A DNA stretch of 63,413 nt, counting the filler, from Saprolegnia diclina VS20 (Eukaryota): assembly GCF_000281045.1 (NCBI RefSeq). It is 7 parts of 3 records of this genome, joined end to end, with 100 filler letters (N's around TTAATTAATTAA, not from the genome) between each part and the next. Parts side by side here need not be neighbours in the genome. Positions count along the whole stretch, not along the records: positions 46,260 to 53,290 come from NW_008246172.1; positions 53,391 to 61,870 come from NW_008246172.1; positions 61,971 to 63,413 come from NW_008246173.1; 4 more parts are not named here. One strand, written 5' to 3'. Below the pieces are notes generated by a model. It saw only the letters and a program-made list of their open reading frames with translations, had not been told where the DNA came from and searched no databases. Below, piece after piece: positions 51,592-63,282 of this stretch (position 1 is the first letter of the stretch; each line of letters begins with the position of its first letter). Made by a program: the position numbers and the translations under genes.

Positions 51592-53390
51592 CTACATGGC
51601 CATGTGGAAAGCCAAGCAGCAAAGCACGCAGAGTATATACGGATCTGTAATTTCACGCGAAGTATAAATATGCATTTATTTGCGTATCAATATTACCGTC
51701 AAATAATATTCGCTTAGTCGAAATAAACAATCTTGCCAAGCGTGCTGAAGCATTTGTCGTCCAGACACTGTACAGTGCGTCGCCGCTTTCGACGGTGTGA
51801 CTCGGCGCCTTGCCGTCGATGGATACGTACTCTGACATGCAGGGGATGATGAGGTCAGCTCAGTTGACACTCCGTATCGCAGTGCGCGGCTCGGGCACGA
51901 GCGTCCAAAGATGCACACACAGGCCAGGTTGCGATTGATCCAGCAGAGGTCGCAGAGGCCCTGGTGCCGACACTATTGTCGAGGCGAGCGGGTGTAGCTG
52001 CGTGATTTGTTCTTAAGGTGGGACGCGCAAGTACACGCTCATAGCACAACCAACGTGTTGGTGAGAGGCATCGTGACCGTGTGAATGTGCAGCTGCTCGT
52101 CAACCAGTTATACTTGACTGCGATCAGGCGCTCGAGCTTCAACAAGTTGCACAGGCACGAATTGGAGCTCGCCGTTCGTTTTGGCGGGATTGTGTACTTG
52201 GTCGGCGTGGCTTTGACTGCAGCCTTGGCCGCGGCCTTCGATTACCTATTTTTTTATCTGGGTTGCCTGGAGAGGGCGTCGGGTCTCGGTGGCTGTGCCT
52301 GGTCTATCAAGAACCAGCATTTGATAGTCGGGACCTTCACGGTGAATTTGTCCGAGAAGCTTGCTTGTGATGGCTACGACGCGCCAGCGAGGAAAAACCC
52401 GACAGCCGCAAGCCTCTCGTAGAATTACAGCCCTATTGACGCCGCGTTGCTGGAAAAATCGCCGGCGTCGTCGAGCAGATCTATCACCAAGGCGAGTGAG
52501 CCCACGTCGTACTCCATTGANNNNNNNNNNNNNNNNNNNNNNNNNNNNNNNNNNNNNNNNNNNNNNNNNNNNNNNNNNNNNNNNNNNNNNNNNNNNNNNN
52601 NNNNNNNNNNNNNNNNNNNNNNNNNNNNNNNNNNNNNNNNNNNNNNNNNNNNNNNNNNNNNNNNNNNNNNNNNNNNNNNNNNNNNNNNNNNNNNNNNNNN
52701 NNNNNNNNNNNNNNNNNNNNNNNNNNNNNNNNNNNNNNNNNNNNNNNNNNNNNNNNNNNNNNNNNNNNNNNNNNNNNNNNNNNNNNNNNNNNNNNNNNNN
52801 NNNNNNNNNNNGCTACTTAGGAAATAGAGCAGGTTGGCACGCTTCGTCGTCCCGTGAGCGAAGCTAAAGCACAAGTCTGACAGAAAAGCGATGGTACTGG
52901 AATGGGAAGGGAAAACGGCCGTATCGCACCCAACCACACTCGGGCAGGGCCGCTTGATACTGCGTGTTGACAAATCACCAGTGCAACTTAGTCTGGGAAG
53001 GCTAAACCTGATAGCGCTCTTGGAATGGTGCAAGCCCGCCGCTACGTTGATGCGCTGTAGTGACCGGGTGGCTGCGTGCGCGATGCTCGCACTAAAGACT
53101 CAGTTGCGAAGGATGACATCGTTATGACTTAATGCCATTGTCGCTTGCGACGGCGAATCGCCGCACAAACCGATTGGAAGCAGCATCACGTTTCGCCACG
53201 TCGACTACCACACGCTGATTGCTGCTCACCGAAACCGGGGAAGTTGGTTGTCGACAAGGATGACGTTCAACCACCAAGCGCCTTTCTGTTNNNNNNNNNN
53301 NNNNNNNNNNNNNNNNNNNNNNNNNNNNNNNNNNTTAATTAATTAANNNNNNNNNNNNNNNNNNNNNNNNNNNNNNNNNNNNNNNNNNNN

Positions 53391-54464
53391 TAGAACATAC
53401 CCAGAAGACGACGCAGCTGCCGGCGATAGAAGCTGTCGAGTGTCGCCAGACTTGTTGGCGTCAGGGCCCACGTGCCGCAGTTGAACAAAAGGACCGGGAG
53501 CACGTAGCGCTTGTTCGTACAGCCTCACACGGTTGTCTTCCGAAATGAGGCCCCGGCGTATCCAGATCTTTCACATGTTGTTGAACGCCGCTGTCGCCAA
53601 TCGCTTCCAAGCACGAAGATCGACCGCGTCGTCGAGGTGGCTACTGGTGCGTCGACCTGCGTCGACGTGAATAGATATACCTGCGATTCTTCCTTCGTGT
53701 CTTCGATCATCTTGAGGTCCTACCGGGCGAAGACAGATGGCGCCACGGTCTTGATCCTTGGTCATGGCAGCAGCCTCGTGGCAGATAAAGTTCCAGTCGT
53801 CGGCGTAGGTGACCGGTACGCGAGGAGGGCGATTTCTTCGCTGAGCGTCTGCGTGAGGTCCTTGAGCGCGACATCGAGGTACATGATGAACAGCGCCTTG
53901 TTGCGTGCCGATGTTGGTCTTGAACGGGCTGCGCCACTTGCCGTCCATGCGCAACCGGAGGGTCGTGGTCGTGAGCAGCGTGTAGACCAGGCGCCCTTCA
54001 TCATCGTCGAGGAAGCCTTGGAGCACCGTGAGTAACTTCGAGCGGTCGATCCTGTGGAACGCGCGTGAGAAATCGATACCTAGGATAGAGAACTGCTCTT
54101 GATATTGGCGGATCGGGCGACACGCCAACTGTGAGACCACGTGACGTCGGCCATGCTGCGTCCAGGGCAGAAGCCGCTCTGGTACGCGCCAATCTGCCTG
54201 TCAAGCTTCTCCCGGATCCGCTTGAGCACCATCACAGAAACGACCTTGCGGATGCCTTAGAGCAGCACTATCGGACGGAGCGCTCGAGCATACGACTTGG
54301 GGCTTATTATTGGGCTTGGGCAGACAGTTCAATCGCCGAACCGGACCGGCTGGCCGTCGGCAAACCGTCGTTGAGCAGCTTAGCAAGTGGCGTGGCGACG
54401 AGGTCGGCGCTTAAAGACTCTGGCTGGCATGTTGTCGGACCGCAGGCACGGTTGTTGCGAAGCT
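53391..54464 (-). mobile_element. Frameshifted RTE-like reverse transcriptase fragment, same family as 44995-46159
   Basis: CLPKPNNKPQ, GIDFSRAFHRIDRSKLL, GTQQG and TYADD are spread over shifting frames; nucleotide similarity to about 45890-46150. Confidence 0.82.
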
Positions 54465-55568
54465 NNNNNNNNNNNNNNNNNNNNNNNNNNNNNNNNNNNN
54501 NNNNNNNNNNNNNNNNNNNNNNNNNNNNNNNNNNNNNNNNNNNNNNNNNNNNNNNNNNNNNNNNNNNNNNNNNNNNNNNNNNNNNNNNNNNNNNNNNNNN
54601 NNNNNNNNNNNNNNNNNNNNNNNNNNNNNNNNNNNNNNNNNNNNNNNNNNNNNNNNNNNNNNNNNNNNNNNNNNNNNNNNNNNNNNNNNNNNNNNNNNNN
54701 NNNNNNNNNNNNNNNNNNNNNNNNNNNNNNNNNNNNNNNNNNNNNNNNNNNNNNNNNNNNNNNNNNNNNNNNNNNNNNNNNNNNNNNNNNNNNNNNNNNN
54801 NNNNNNNNNNNNNNNNNNNNNNNNNNNNNNNNNNNNNNNNNNNNNNNNNNNNNNNNNNNNNNNNNNNNNNNNNNNNNNNNNNNNNNNNNNNNNNNNNNNN
54901 NNNNNNNNNNNNNNNNNNNNNNNNNNNNNNNNNNNNNNNNNNNNNNNNNNNNNNNNNNNNNNNNNNNNNNNNNNNNNNNNNNNNNNNNNNNNNNNNNNNN
55001 NNNNNNNNNNNNNNNNNNNNNNNNNNNNNNNNNNNNNNNNNNNNNNNNNNNNNNNNNNNNNNNNNNNNNNNCGTCGTCGAAAGTTCTTTAAAGTTTGGAG
55101 TATGGATAGTCTCAACCAGAGTGTCTTGCTACTAGTACCAAGAAGTACCAAGATTGTCTGCAAAACACATACCGTAATTCACAACGGCTCACTAGTTCCA
55201 ACTCTAAACATTTTAGCCAATCACACGATTAGTGCTGTCGTTCGGTGTGTTTAAAACCTGTTGGGTACATGGAGTAGGTTATGATCATTGAATAAGTATA
55301 CATAAGAGCAATAGAGACGTGCGCTCGGAGCGAAGCCTTGCACGTTAGACTATACACTATAGACATCTCGATGTTCTTGAGCGTAGAGCTGTACATGTCG
55401 AGATAATCGTCAGTCGTACGCGATGACATGTTTTAAACAGTATTTCAAAATATGTGTATACAACATCGCCAGGAGGCGCCAACTCTAACATTTTATGCAT
55501 AAATATGGATTTTCCGAGGTAATGCTGCATCTGGTCGGGTTGGTTGGCCAGAGGTGATTTTGAGAATC

Positions 55569-56477
55569 ATGGCCAGCGTCCTCCGATCCATGCGCCTGGC
55601 CGCCGCCGCGCCCCGTGTCATCGCGTCGAACGCTAAGAGCGCAAGCGTCACGAGCGCGCGCTTCTTCAGCAGCGACAAGAGCAATGACGGTAGGGAGCCT
55701 GCAGCGATGAGACCACTCGACTGATCTGCTTGCGTAGGCGAAGGCAAGGCCCCGTACAAGAATCGCTGGTACGTCGCCAAGGACAAGAAGACCGCGCCGG
55801 TGGGCACCACGGACGATGCTTTGTACAACTTGTCGCCTGAGGACCAGGTCCCGGATGAGCACACGGACTTGCCGACGCTCCCGGAAGGGCACACGTTTAC
55901 GCTCGGCGAAGGCGCGTACGAGGAGACGCTCGAGTACCCTCAGCGCCTCAACCAGGACGAGCTCGCCCAGCTCGTTGAGAACCAGCGCGACTTTGTCATG
56001 GACGACGAAGACGAGGACGACGACGACTCGCCGTCGCTCCAAGACAAGTCGTTCAGCAACTGGGACCAGGGTGACATCTACCTTCCCGAGATGATGAACT
56101 GGATGCTGCCTCGTCACAAGCGCACGCCGATGAAGCCTGAGCCGAAGAAGGCCTGGACTGAGTTTGTCAAGGCCGACCTCGACCCCGTCGAGCTTGCCCT
56201 CAACACGGACTTGCTCCGCCTCTTCATCTCGCCCAACGGCCGCATCGTGCCCCGCCGCTTCACGGGCCTTCGCGCCAAGCAGCAGCGCCAGCTCGCGGCG
56301 GCTGTCAAGGTCTCGCGTCAGATTGGCCTGCTTCCGTACACGTCGCGGTACCCGTTGCCGTCCCCCGAACAGATGGAAGCCATGACCCAGGAAGCTGTCT
56401 CGCGCATCAACTTTGCGGCGCTCGAGAACATGGCCGATGAGGTCGATGAGGCCGACGAGCAGTTCGATGAAATGTAG
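55569..56477 (+). CDS. Mitochondrial ribosomal protein S18 (bS18m)
   Basis: Arg/Ser/Ala presequence ending RFFSS, intron 55690-55737, and S18 core NTDLLRLFISPNGRIVPRRFTGLRAKQQRQLAAAVKVSRQIGLLPY. Confidence 0.9.
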
Positions 56478-56549
56478 GTAGATAAGGATACGGGTGAAGG
56501 CCGTGATATCTTAGACAAACCCTGTGCCTTTATCCTACATTGCGCAGAT

Positions 56550-57854
56550 TCAAAGTTGTGTCTGGTCGTCGTGCTGGCGACTAGTGGCCGTCGTCGCGCC
56601 GAGATTCGCTGAGGCCCACGGCGCCTTGCCCATCGCATTCCAATTGGCGTTTGCAGCACGCACCGCTGTCGTGCTCACGGGTGTGTACGAGGCATCGCCA
56701 GATTGCGACGGCACCCACGAGCATGGGATGAGCGACCCGAAGAGCATGTGTTGGATCACGGGCAGCTTCTTCAGCACCTCACCTTCGTAGAGCTTGAGCA
56801 TCCCAGAGTTGATCTTTTCCCACGAGTGTACGCCGCTAATGTCGTTGAGCATCGGCGACGTTTCGGCGAAGGCCGACGCAGCCTTGACCTCGCGCACAAA
56901 CTTGACCGCGTCCAGGTACAAGTAATCGGGACTGTGCGCTGCGAGAAGACCATCGTCGTGGACAACCGACGGCGCGAGGGTGCGCTGACCTGTACCGCGC
57001 TCCATTAGACACACACGACCTTCGACATGGTCACATACCAATGAGCTGGGACGAGCCAAAGTAGAAGGGCAAACATTGGTAGTCGTCGAGACCCCAGACA
57101 CCGTGGGAGCCTGCGGGCTCCAACATGTACGTCTTTTGGAGCCGGCGCATGAGCGTTAGGTACGTGTGGAAGACCTTCAAGACGACAGCGGGGAAGTCTG
57201 CCTGGGAAACAAACCCAATCTTGTGCAGGGCGCCTATGAAACACGATGAGCCTTCCATGAACGCGAAGATACCGTACAAATCCAGAGCATAAACGTCGTT
57301 TCGTGGCCAGTGCCATAGTCGATGCGCGTCCGGTTCCCAAAGCTGTCAATGAGGTAGGGGCTGAGCTCGATCGCGGCGTCTTGCATACCAATCGAAGCGA
57401 GAAGGGACTCATGGAGCTTCGGTGCTTCCTACCGCCCTCGGTCGGTCACATAGACAACACAAGTGCAGCTCACCTGCGCGAGCCGATCGTACCAGTCACG
57501 GAACGCCTTGTTGCCAAAGCGCATGGGCTGGTCAATGGGCGGAATCTCATCGATCCAAGAGTTAAGCGTCGCAAGGAGGCCACAGAGCGCCTCGATGTTC
57601 TGTAGACACGACATTTAGCGCGACCAGCCATGAGCTTGACGTACGGGCGACATGGTGTACTCGTCCGAGAGCTTCTTTCCGCGAACGCTCTCATTGAGGT
57701 GCTTGATGAAGACAAGGTGGCGCTCATAGGCCTAAGACACGGTACAGACCATTTGGCGAAGAAGGTCGCGTACATCCGATGCAAGGAACTGGCGCATGTC
57801 GGCCTCCGAAAAGATCGCGCGCTGGGGAAGCTGGAAGCTGCGGGTCGTCGCCAT
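56550..57854 (-). CDS. PTPA: Serine/threonine phosphatase 2A activator (PTPA/RRD family), multi-exon
   Basis: RFGNKAFRDW, RIDYGTGHE, YMLEPAGSHGVWGLDDYQCLPF and YEGEVLKKLPVIQHMLFGSL. Confidence 0.92.
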
Positions 57855-57933
57855 TTTGGGGAAGCGAAATTGACCCCTGATGACGACTCAACCGGCATTG
57901 ACCGGATACGCTTCAACATCCGGACCTCGAGCG

Positions 57934-58853
57934 ATGCGGGTGTTTCGAGCGACGGACGATGGACCAGCGGACGAGTTGGTCGAGGTGGCGAATGGCCGCG
58001 CGTCATGCGTCCTCAAGATAGCGGCCCCTGGCGAGGACGGCCAGCGCTGCGTGTATTACGAGGACGCTATGCTTGGCCACGTGCAGCGGTTCCCGACCCC
58101 GCATGACCTACAAGCCATGTTGCAGCGCCACGTACGGGAGGGCCTGAACACCCTTCCAGGCTGGCGTGCGGTTTTCCACCAAATCGATCGCGACTACGAC
58201 AGCTTTGTCGTTTCAGCTCACTCGTCGCTCTTTGGGTCAAGCGAAATCGAGATAGAGCTGCGCGTCGCGGGCCATTGCATCCGCATCGGCTGTGGCCTTG
58301 GCTTCGCCTTGACACGGGCCAACGCCTTTCTCGACCACGACGATACTTCGCATGACGTGCTATGTGATGACCGCTCGCTCGAGACGTGTCTCGATCGCAT
58401 CCAGTTGATGCTTCACGACCAGAAGCGCATGCGACAGGGCTTCGTCGAAAGCATTCGCGCCCACGCCGTAGGTACATCGATACAAACCAATGACTTGGAA
58501 TGAATCATATCTCTGGTGTAGTGCTCCAGGTCGATACGACCAACTATCTGCAATTCGTGGTTCTCGTTCAGCACGACGTGACGTCGCATGCCTGGATCGA
58601 CATTGTCGAGGTGACGCTGCCCCTTCTCTGGGGCCTTTTCGACTCGGACGCGGGTCACATCCGTGGCTTTCACGTAAAGCTCCGTCTTGTGAGCCCCCTC
58701 GGCAAAACCGAATACGAGATATCGGCAGACGCGCGCAATCAGATCGCAAGGCTTATGGAGTCTACGGACGCCGACACCGCGACGTTTGTTCCATGGCTTT
58801 TGAACGTTCTCCAAGAGCGGTTTGCAATGGTGCAGGATGACATCAATTGTTGA
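57934..58853 (+). CDS. Hypothetical protein, two exons; weak resemblance to BRE/BABAM2 UEV-like C-terminus
   Basis: Two ORFs join in frame through a GT-AG intron at 58472-58521; lies divergent to PTPA. Confidence 0.6.
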
Positions 58854-58854
58854 T

Positions 58855-60273
58855 TTAATGCAGCTTCCATTTAAGTGCCGAGACGTCGCCAAGCTTGCGG
58901 GGGTTCCGCAGCGCTCGGGCAAAGAAGACAAGCGCCGCCAGCGCGCAAAACACGCCGACGACAACGAAAGCGACACCCAGCGGCTTGTTTTCGCTGCCGT
59001 ACCACGCGAGCTCTGCCAGCACGAGCGACTTGGTGCCTATGCGAGCATGCGTAGGTAATTGTGTGCATCGAATGGGTTACCGCCAGAGAAAAAGTTGGAT
59101 TGGACCGCAAACGTGAGTTCAGTCCCGTTGCGCAACTTGGCCTGGGCGATGCGGCCGTAGAGCTTGCGTACCATCGGTGTCGCTGTGATATCAATCCACA
59201 CGCGGAACCATTCGTTTTCAAGTCCGGTGCCCGGCGGCGCTGTGGTTGTCCACGCCGTGCTGTTGGAGTAGTCGGGCGTAATCTAGTTTAGCTCTATCGA
59301 AATATGCTGATAAATCAAAGCGACTTACCGAAGGAGGGTTCGGGCGGTCTGGCATCGGTACGATGCGACTGTAGTTTGGGTTGTGCCAAATGGGGAGGTA
59401 CGTTGCCAAATCCAACGACCCACTTGGGTTCTTGACATTGTACGTCAGAAATGACTTGGCAATACCTGAAGGGATCGGTAAGCAAGTACTGGAATAAACG
59501 CACCTTCGTGCGTGAGGTCGCTGTGGCCAAGGGCAGGGCCGTTGGGAACTGATCCATTGTGAAGCCTGATACAGTCACAATCACATCTGTCGAGAGAGCA
59601 ACGCATACCAGAAGATATCGTTGAACATGGTATTCGAGACCAGGCCGCACGGATAGAGCTGCCGCAATTGTTCAGAGCCGTTGCAGACAGTACCGAAGCA
59701 CGCGGTTGATGTGACCATTACGAGTGGGTCGCAGTTCGTTGTGCCGAGGGCGTTGGCAGCCCAGATATCCATAAGCTGGCTGGGCTCTTGCGAAGCGACG
59801 AGGCGACGGTGGTTTTGGTAAAATGGATCGAGCTCGTAGTAGAGATGACCATCGCTGACAAAATCTTTTGTGACGCGGATCGTAACGTAGCACGTGTGTT
59901 GGCCACTGAACGAGTTGGCGTCTGCGGGCGAGGACACGTGGCAGTTGCTTAGATGCGCCACAGACCCGTCCTCCTGCGTCGCATCGAGCTGGTCCGGGCC
60001 GTCGTACAATACGCGGTAGACGCTTAGCTGAGAGCTGCTGCGGCAAATGAGGATGCCCAATACGAGGCACCCAATTGCGCTCGCGAAAAGGATCACGATG
60101 GTCCACCACAAGGTCAAGATGGGCTTCCACGTGGGCAGCGTTTGCTGCGACCAGCGGGAGTCGTCGGGGCGGTTGAGACTGGGGGACGCAACAGCTAATC
60201 CAGCGTGGCGCGAGGCGTCGCCGTGTCCCTCGCGTTGGGCTGGCAGGCGCACCGACTCGGGTCGCTTCGACAT
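58855..60273 (-). CDS. CDC50/LEM3 family P4-ATPase flippase subunit, multi-exon
   Basis: NRPDDSRWSQQTLPTWKPILT, TM1, YYELDPFYQNHRR, PCGLVSNTMFND, ENEWFRVW, RKLYGRI, SWYGSENKPLG, TM2 and PRKLGD. Confidence 0.9.
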
Positions 60274-60613
60274 GGTCGTTGCGGGGACTCGTTTGTGACC
60301 CTTCGTAAAATTCTATGAAACAACTTCCGATCATGATTGGACAAAAACCCGGATAATTCGCCAATCGCGCATGATTCGTTTTGATTTGCTTCGTGTTGGA
60401 TCCTGCGCCAAAGCTAAACTGCCACCAGCAGCAGTGTCTCGTCCAAGACTCCGAGCAAACGGATCTCGTTGAGCTTCTCCGGCTCCTCACATAACTTAAG
60501 TGGCCGCGCCGGCATCTTGTTTCCCCGATCACTCTACCGCAAGTGCTCTCCAGCCCAGACCGTTAACCATGAATCAATTATATACATGATACGTAGATTA
60601 TAAATGGGGCAGC

Positions 60614-61870
60614 TTACGCCCACGCAGTGAACGGGATTCGGCTGAACGTTGTGCCGTAGCAGATGTAGAGCGTGTCGGCTGTAAAGATCAAGTCACCTTG
60701 TGTACATGACGTCGACGAAGAGATGGACGCGGATGAGTAGGCACCAGGAATCTTTACGAGCCCACTGAGTGTTGCAGTCGACGCCACAGTGAGCGTGGTG
60801 CCAACCGAGGCGCTTGTGCCGATAGCGACAGAGCTGGAAGCTGTGATAGGGCCGTTCAAAGCAATCGGCGCAGTTTGAGACGACGAGCCGAGTGTGAGAG
60901 AGTCTGTAACACTGACCGTGAAGGCCGTGGACGATACTGAGAGCGATGCCACACTTGAAATGGTCGCGTCTGCCGTGAACGCGAGATTACCCCCGGTCGT
61001 GATGGCACCGGCACTGGTTACGACGAAAGTCGCCGTACCAGAATTGAGAATTTGAAAGCTCTGCGAGTCAACCGTGAGCGTGCCTCCGGTGACCTTCGTA
61101 CTCGTGCCCGTAAGAACAATACCAGCGGCCGACTGAAGGGCCATCGTTGATGCAGTCGACGACAAGGTTACCGACGCACTCGTACCCGTGAAGAGCAGCG
61201 GACTCAGAGTCAGAAGTGACGCCCCCAAGGACGATTTGACCGAGAAAGAACCAGCTGTTGTGGCAGCGCCCAATTGCGCAATGATAGAGCCTGCAGTTGT
61301 TGATCCAGCGCCAGAGGTAAGAACAATGTTGCCGCCAATTGTCGACGTTCCTTGGCCTGCTTGCAGCTGAACGTGACCACCCAAAGTGCCTTGACCACCC
61401 AGCAGTGCGGTCGAGCCTCCTTGAGCGTCACCGCTGGCTCCAGACGTGATGGTGACAGCGCTTCCAACTCCCGTAGAACTGCCCCCGACCGAGAGCGAAA
61501 TTGCGCCACCAGCTCCGGCCGTTGACGTCGCTGTTACTAGAGCGATAGGACCACTGCTTGTCGAGCCACCAGCAGTGGAAAGAGTGATGCCACCGCTTGT
61601 TGTAGATCCGGCGCCGCTTGCAAAAACAAGGTTGCCACCACTTCCAGTCGTACCGACACCGCCAGTGAGGGCGATATCACCGCCAGCTAGACCTTGACCG
61701 CTGGTTATAGCTGTAGAACCACCCGTCGACTGAGCACTGGATCCACTCAAAATGGTAACAGCGCTACCAACCCCGGCCGAGCTGGCACCAGCTAACAGAG
61801 TGATAGCCCCGCTCGCGCCAGCCAAGCCGTCACCCGTTTCAAGCATGATACCACCGCTTGCTTGAGTACC
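60614..61870 (-). CDS. 5'-partial Gly/Ser/Thr-rich repeat protein (beta-solenoid/fibre-like)
   Basis: About a dozen 13-15 aa repeats of GG-x-[IV]-x-[LI]-x-[SA]-G, a beta-rich region, and C-terminal QGDLIFTADTLYICYGTTFSRIPFTAWA. Frame is open to the contig end. Confidence 0.75.
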   Translation of the reverse strand, partial: GTQASGGIMLETGDGLAGASGAITLLAGASSAGVGSAVTILSGSSAQSTGGSTAITSGQGLAGGDIALTGGVGTTGSGGNLVFASGAGSTTSGGITLSTAGGSTSSGPIALVTATSTAGAGGAISLSVGGSSTGVGSAVTITSGASGDAQGGSTALLGGQGTLGGHVQLQAGQGTSTIGGNIVLTSGAGSTTAGSIIAQLGAATTAGSFSVKSSLGASLLTLSPLLFTGTSASVTLSSTASTMALQSAAGIVLTGTSTKVTGGTLTVDSQSFQILNSGTATFVVTSAGAITTGGNLAFTADATISSVASLSVSSTAFTVSVTDSLTLGSSSQTAPIALNGPITASSSVAIGTSASVGTTLTVASTATLSGLVKIPGAYSSASISSSTSCTQGDLIFTADTLYICYGTTFSRIPFTAWA

Positions 61871-61970
61871 NNNNNNNNNNNNNNNNNNNNNNNNNNNNNN
61901 NNNNNNNNNNNNNNTTAATTAATTAANNNNNNNNNNNNNNNNNNNNNNNNNNNNNNNNNNNNNNNNNNNN

Positions 61971-62390
61971 TGCTGCTGCGGCGCACAACAAGCGTGCAGC
62001 AAGCCCGCGGACGACCTCCAGTGCGAGTGCACAGCAACATTGCGTGACGGCACACCGGTGACGCCGCCAGAGTCGCTCTTTGAAATCGTTGTTGGGTCGT
62101 TGCTCAACATCTTCGAGATTGCGATGGGCACTGGTGTCTTCATGCTCTTCGTATTCGGTTGTTGCGTTGACTTGCCAAGTCGCGTTCAAGATTGCAAGCG
62201 CTTTTGGGCGTATGCGGTGTCTGCCGCGGGCCGTTGCGCTGCAGCGGTTCGTTTGCGGTTTGAACACCGCGCCACCAAGGCTCCGTCGCGACAGGACTCG
62301 ACTGCCAATACGCTGCTCGTGGACGAGACAAATAGCGCTATCGAGTCGCCAGTGGAAAGTGGGCCAATGCGAAACAAGTATGCTCCCTAA
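61971..62390 (+). CDS. 5'-partial Cys-rich single-pass membrane protein, paralogue 1
   Basis: CCCGAQQACSKPADDLQCEC, then a TM segment and GCC; matches the gene at 62626-63009. Confidence 0.65.
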   Translation, partial: CCCGAQQACSKPADDLQCECTATLRDGTPVTPPESLFEIVVGSLLNIFEIAMGTGVFMLFVFGCCVDLPSRVQDCKRFWAYAVSAAGRCAAAVRLRFEHRATKAPSRQDSTANTLLVDETNSAIESPVESGPMRNKYAP

Positions 62391-62625
62391 TAACAAGACC
62401 CACGCGTATGATACTCGCATCGTCGGCCGGATTTCCTTGGGTGTTGGCCGCTGCCACAATGTGCTCGAGGACGTAGCGTTGTTGTGCACGTCGTTGGTTG
62501 CTGCTAGTAGTTGTTGCCTTTGCCTGCGTACGCTTGGCCATCCGTACACCGATCGTTCGCGGTTGAATTGCAATTGTAGACATTGCGATTCCGTACTATG
62601 TGTGTGTTTTATACTTGCTTGTCTA

Positions 62626-63009
62626 CTACGTCTGGGCGTGGCAGCAGCAGTAGTAGACGGCCCAGAAGAGTCCGCCGATAATGACCAAGTCGATAATCAC
62701 CCCGAGGAGTATGGTGAATTGTGACACGTCGCTGCTGGGCGCCTTCTCGACCACGATCGATGTGCACTCGCATTGGAGGTCGATCGCTGGGCGTCCGCAC
62801 ACCTGGTTGGTGCCGCAGCAACACACTTCTTGGAACTCGTGCTTGATGTACGCGCCGCAGTACTGACCGGGCTGGCCGCGGTGCGCAGTGGAGCAGTTGC
62901 CGTCGCGGGCACAGAGCTCGCACATGTCGGTCGCCATAGGCACGTCAAGCGCCTTCGCGCTCACGCTCACGAGTAGCGTCGCTAGCAGCAACAGCAGACC
63001 TTGCTTCAT
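62626..63009 (-). CDS. Small Cys-rich single-pass membrane protein, paralogue 2
   Basis: Signal peptide, 10-Cys ectodomain (CELCARDGNC...YC...CCC...C...CEC), TM helix and juxtamembrane CCC. Confidence 0.72.
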   Translation of the reverse strand: MKQGLLLLLATLLVSVSAKALDVPMATDMCELCARDGNCSTAHRGQPGQYCGAYIKHEFQEVCCCGTNQVCGRPAIDLQCECTSIVVEKAPSSDVSQFTILLGVIIDLVIIGGLFWAVYYCCCHAQT

Positions 63010-63282
63010 TCTTTGGTATCTCTGGTTCTGCAAAGGACAGCGGTGTCGGACTGTCCTGCGGTTGATTGTTGCTGGACGTTCTGCGTGACGATCTTGCGGT
63101 TTTTATCCCGTCTTAAATAACGCTATGTATTGCAATGAACCAACCACATCAACTTGGTTAAAGTATAGGCCACGGCCACAAGCATTAAAAATACTCTTTG
63201 CTTTGTTAAAAAGCATTCGTTTGAAAAAGCGAGGCGCTCATGACCGCTTGGCTTTGCCATCGCCACAATTAAACTCGCCAAG

